Shown here: one piece after another, positions 63,971 through 64,000 of the stretch
How positions within the stretch are numbered: the stretch's first letter is position 1
How the letters are laid out: every line of letters begins with the position of its first letter
IMG/VR virus record: IMGVR_UViG_2645727545_000002
Span: 1 to 64,000 of that record
Source: a virus
Lineage: Duplodnaviria > Caudoviricetes
Direction: 5' to 3' (one strand)
DNA: 64,000 nucleotides
Made by a program: the position numbers and the translations under genes
Notes under the pieces: model-generated
What the model saw: the letters and a program-made list of their open reading frames with translations, nothing else
What the model was told of the DNA's origin: nothing
Databases searched by the model: none

Positions 63971-64000
63971 ACTAGTAGGGATAGCGCAAGCTGTTCTTAG

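Larger units (their letters stand above)
927..64000 (-). mobile_element. Large SPbeta-like prophage, replication/early arm (continues beyond the window)
   Basis: Terminal xis; SSB-like/AAA/helicase/primase/DnaE block in an order resembling the SPbeta yor region; ligase, RNR, dUTPase, YopX, Lar, tRNA; dense co-oriented small ORFs. No structural genes or integrase in the window. Confidence 0.9.

Overview
Almost the whole window (~930-64000) is one end and the replication/early-gene arm of a large, AT-rich, SPbeta-like temperate phage integrated in a Firmicute chromosome (probably Lachnospiraceae; host is an inference). Nearly every gene is on the minus strand. The left junction has an excisionase, integrase arm-type repeats and a stranded 3' end of a GGGtGRT-family gene. 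The phage arm carries nucleotide metabolism genes (dut, nrdG, nrdD with a group I intron at the catalytic MG|CR site, gmk, thyX-like, folD) and a full replisome (ligA, recD2, dnaE, exonuclease, primase, DnaB, AAA ATPase, SSB-like). It also has a candidate RNA-repair cluster (Pol-beta NTase, CCA enzyme, DHH), a P-type ATPase/3xTerD/PspA cluster, two orphan DNA methyltransferases, a tRNA(CAT) and a tRNA-like RNA. Main findings: (1) a five-gene NAD operon (pncA, prs-like, NAMPT-like with Ala at the amide-selecting Asp, macrodomain, nadE; no adenylyltransferase) that may be a deamidated variant of phage NAD reconstitution; (2) a complete diversity-generating retroelement (target-avd-TR-RT; 13 of 13 TR/VR differences at TR adenines) targeting a non-tail protein; (3) a recurring TGAAA-N6-TTTCA-like palindrome at gene junctions. 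Many genes are broken at homopolymer runs, most likely long-read assembly errors, so joined coordinates are given where both halves could be read.
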